DNA from: Octopus sinensis
Taxonomy: Eukaryota
Direction: 5' to 3'
Assembly (NCBI RefSeq): GCF_006345805.1
Contig: NC_043006.1
Location: forward strand, 78,678,001 to 78,742,000
DNA: 64,000 bases
Part shown: in pieces, positions 62,801 to 64,000 of the stretch
Numbering within the stretch: the stretch's first letter is position 1
Layout: the number at the start of each line of letters is the position of its first letter
Program-made: the position numbers and the translations under genes
Notes under the pieces: model-generated
The model's database searches: none
What the model was told of the DNA's origin: nothing
What the model saw: the letters and a program-made list of their open reading frames with translations, nothing else

Positions 62801-63129
62801 AGGTACACCATCCACTTGGGGAATTTTTGTTGTTAATTATTAGTTTTTATTGAGACACGGGTTTATGTAAACGCTCATTCTCCTTCATGCTTGTGTAGAC
62901 CTAAACGTTTTCACTTTGGGCAAAATGCTTAGCGATATTTCGTCTGTCTTCACGTTCTGAGTTCAAATTCCGCCGAGTTCGATTTTGCCTCTCATCCTTT
63001 CGGGGTCAACAGAATAAGTATCAGTTGAACACTGGGGTCGATATAATCAACTCGTCCTCTCGCTCCAACTTTCAGGCCTTGTGCCTTTAGTAGAACGGCT
63101 AATAATTATTATTACTGCTTACTTGATTT

Positions 63130-63780
63130 CAAGCAATAGTGTGCAACTCTTCGGCGGGCCGTGGCTCCACTGTTCGAGACGAGTGGGTGCCGGATTGCAG
63201 TGCCTGCGCCGATGACCTCCTGCTAATCTCGGCAGCGGCGTCAGAGGGTTGCGAAAGGACGATACAATCACTTAAGCAAGGGAAGTCATATCTGGCTGCC
63301 GAGGAATAAGTCGCCTGGTTTAGATAGTTTTTCCCAACGAGCTTTAGACCAATATCCCTGACTTCTTCGGCAACCTGTTAACAGATGATACCGCAACTGG
63401 CAACATGATAGGAAAATCCCTAGTCATTTGAACCGAAGAGTGGAGGCACTTCTGAGAAAGTACCAGAAGAAGGTGGGCCACATTTGTAATGCAAAGAATT
63501 TATCGTCTGATTGCCGGTGTCCTTAAAGCAGCTGGTTTCGGACCCATTTTCAGCCGAAGGATAGCTGTAATGTAGCATATCTGCTCTGTGATCAGAGCAA
63601 ATGACCACAAACTGGAATCGTTCAGTATCTTGCGCTCGGTTCGCCAGAGCTACCCACTCACGCCTCTTGTATGTACTGACTTTAGAGTCACAACTGCAAA
63701 AACTAGAGACGTTGAGGATCATCCCATGCTTAGTGGTATGTGAAAGAGTTGTATTGGCACATGTGAAACACGTTACTCTA
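63130..63780. pseudogene. Decayed and partly inverted Tx1-like fragments
   Basis: Plus strand LFGG and NKSPGLDS; minus strand CSDHRA resembling the EN SDH motif. Confidence 0.45.
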
Positions 63781-64000
63781 ATGGTATCGAGTTAATCTGC
63801 ACAACTTTAAGGGGAGGTGACAGGAGCGAAAATTAACTGAAGAAGTCTGTGGGAAGTCAGCTCGGCAGCTTCGGTCTTATTCTGATCTCCTCTGTGTTAT
63901 ATAACTTTCATCGTTGTTTCTGAAGTGAGGAGAAAGGATTCCCTCGGTAAATATACATTATTGTACATTAATTACCATTGGTATTCAGAATTGTTTCTGA

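Overview
AT-rich, repeat-dense animal genomic DNA. The SINE and microsatellite content looks like an octopus or other coleoid cephalopod (inference). One host gene lies on the minus strand: four spliced exons (15459-14074, 11154-11096, 3579-3447, 2004-1876) join in frame to encode two tandem PH-like modules followed by the start of a RasGEF/CDC25-like domain, and the gene runs off the left edge of the window. The rest is transposon-derived. It includes three tRNA-derived SINE families, a Penelope-like element (RT + GIY-YIG) with 2.2-kb inverted arms, and a separate RT-less GIY-YIG element with a hammerhead ribozyme. It also includes several more hammerhead-like motifs, (TAA)n-targeted R4/Dong-type LINE fragments, an RTE LINE with a ~75-bp TSD, mariner/Tc1/hAT/Helitron-like relics, and two Tx1-clade LINEs. 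The most striking pattern is an apparent self-targeting LINE/SINE system. A near-intact Tx1 LINE (49830-55188) sits inside the head of a Meta-domain-like SINE with a ~16-bp TSD. That SINE carries a 3' tail resembling the Tx1 3' end, and six SINE-tail junctions in the window fall at the same nucleotide as the LINE 3' junction, producing head-body-body tandem arrays. All calls were made by eye; no database searches were run.
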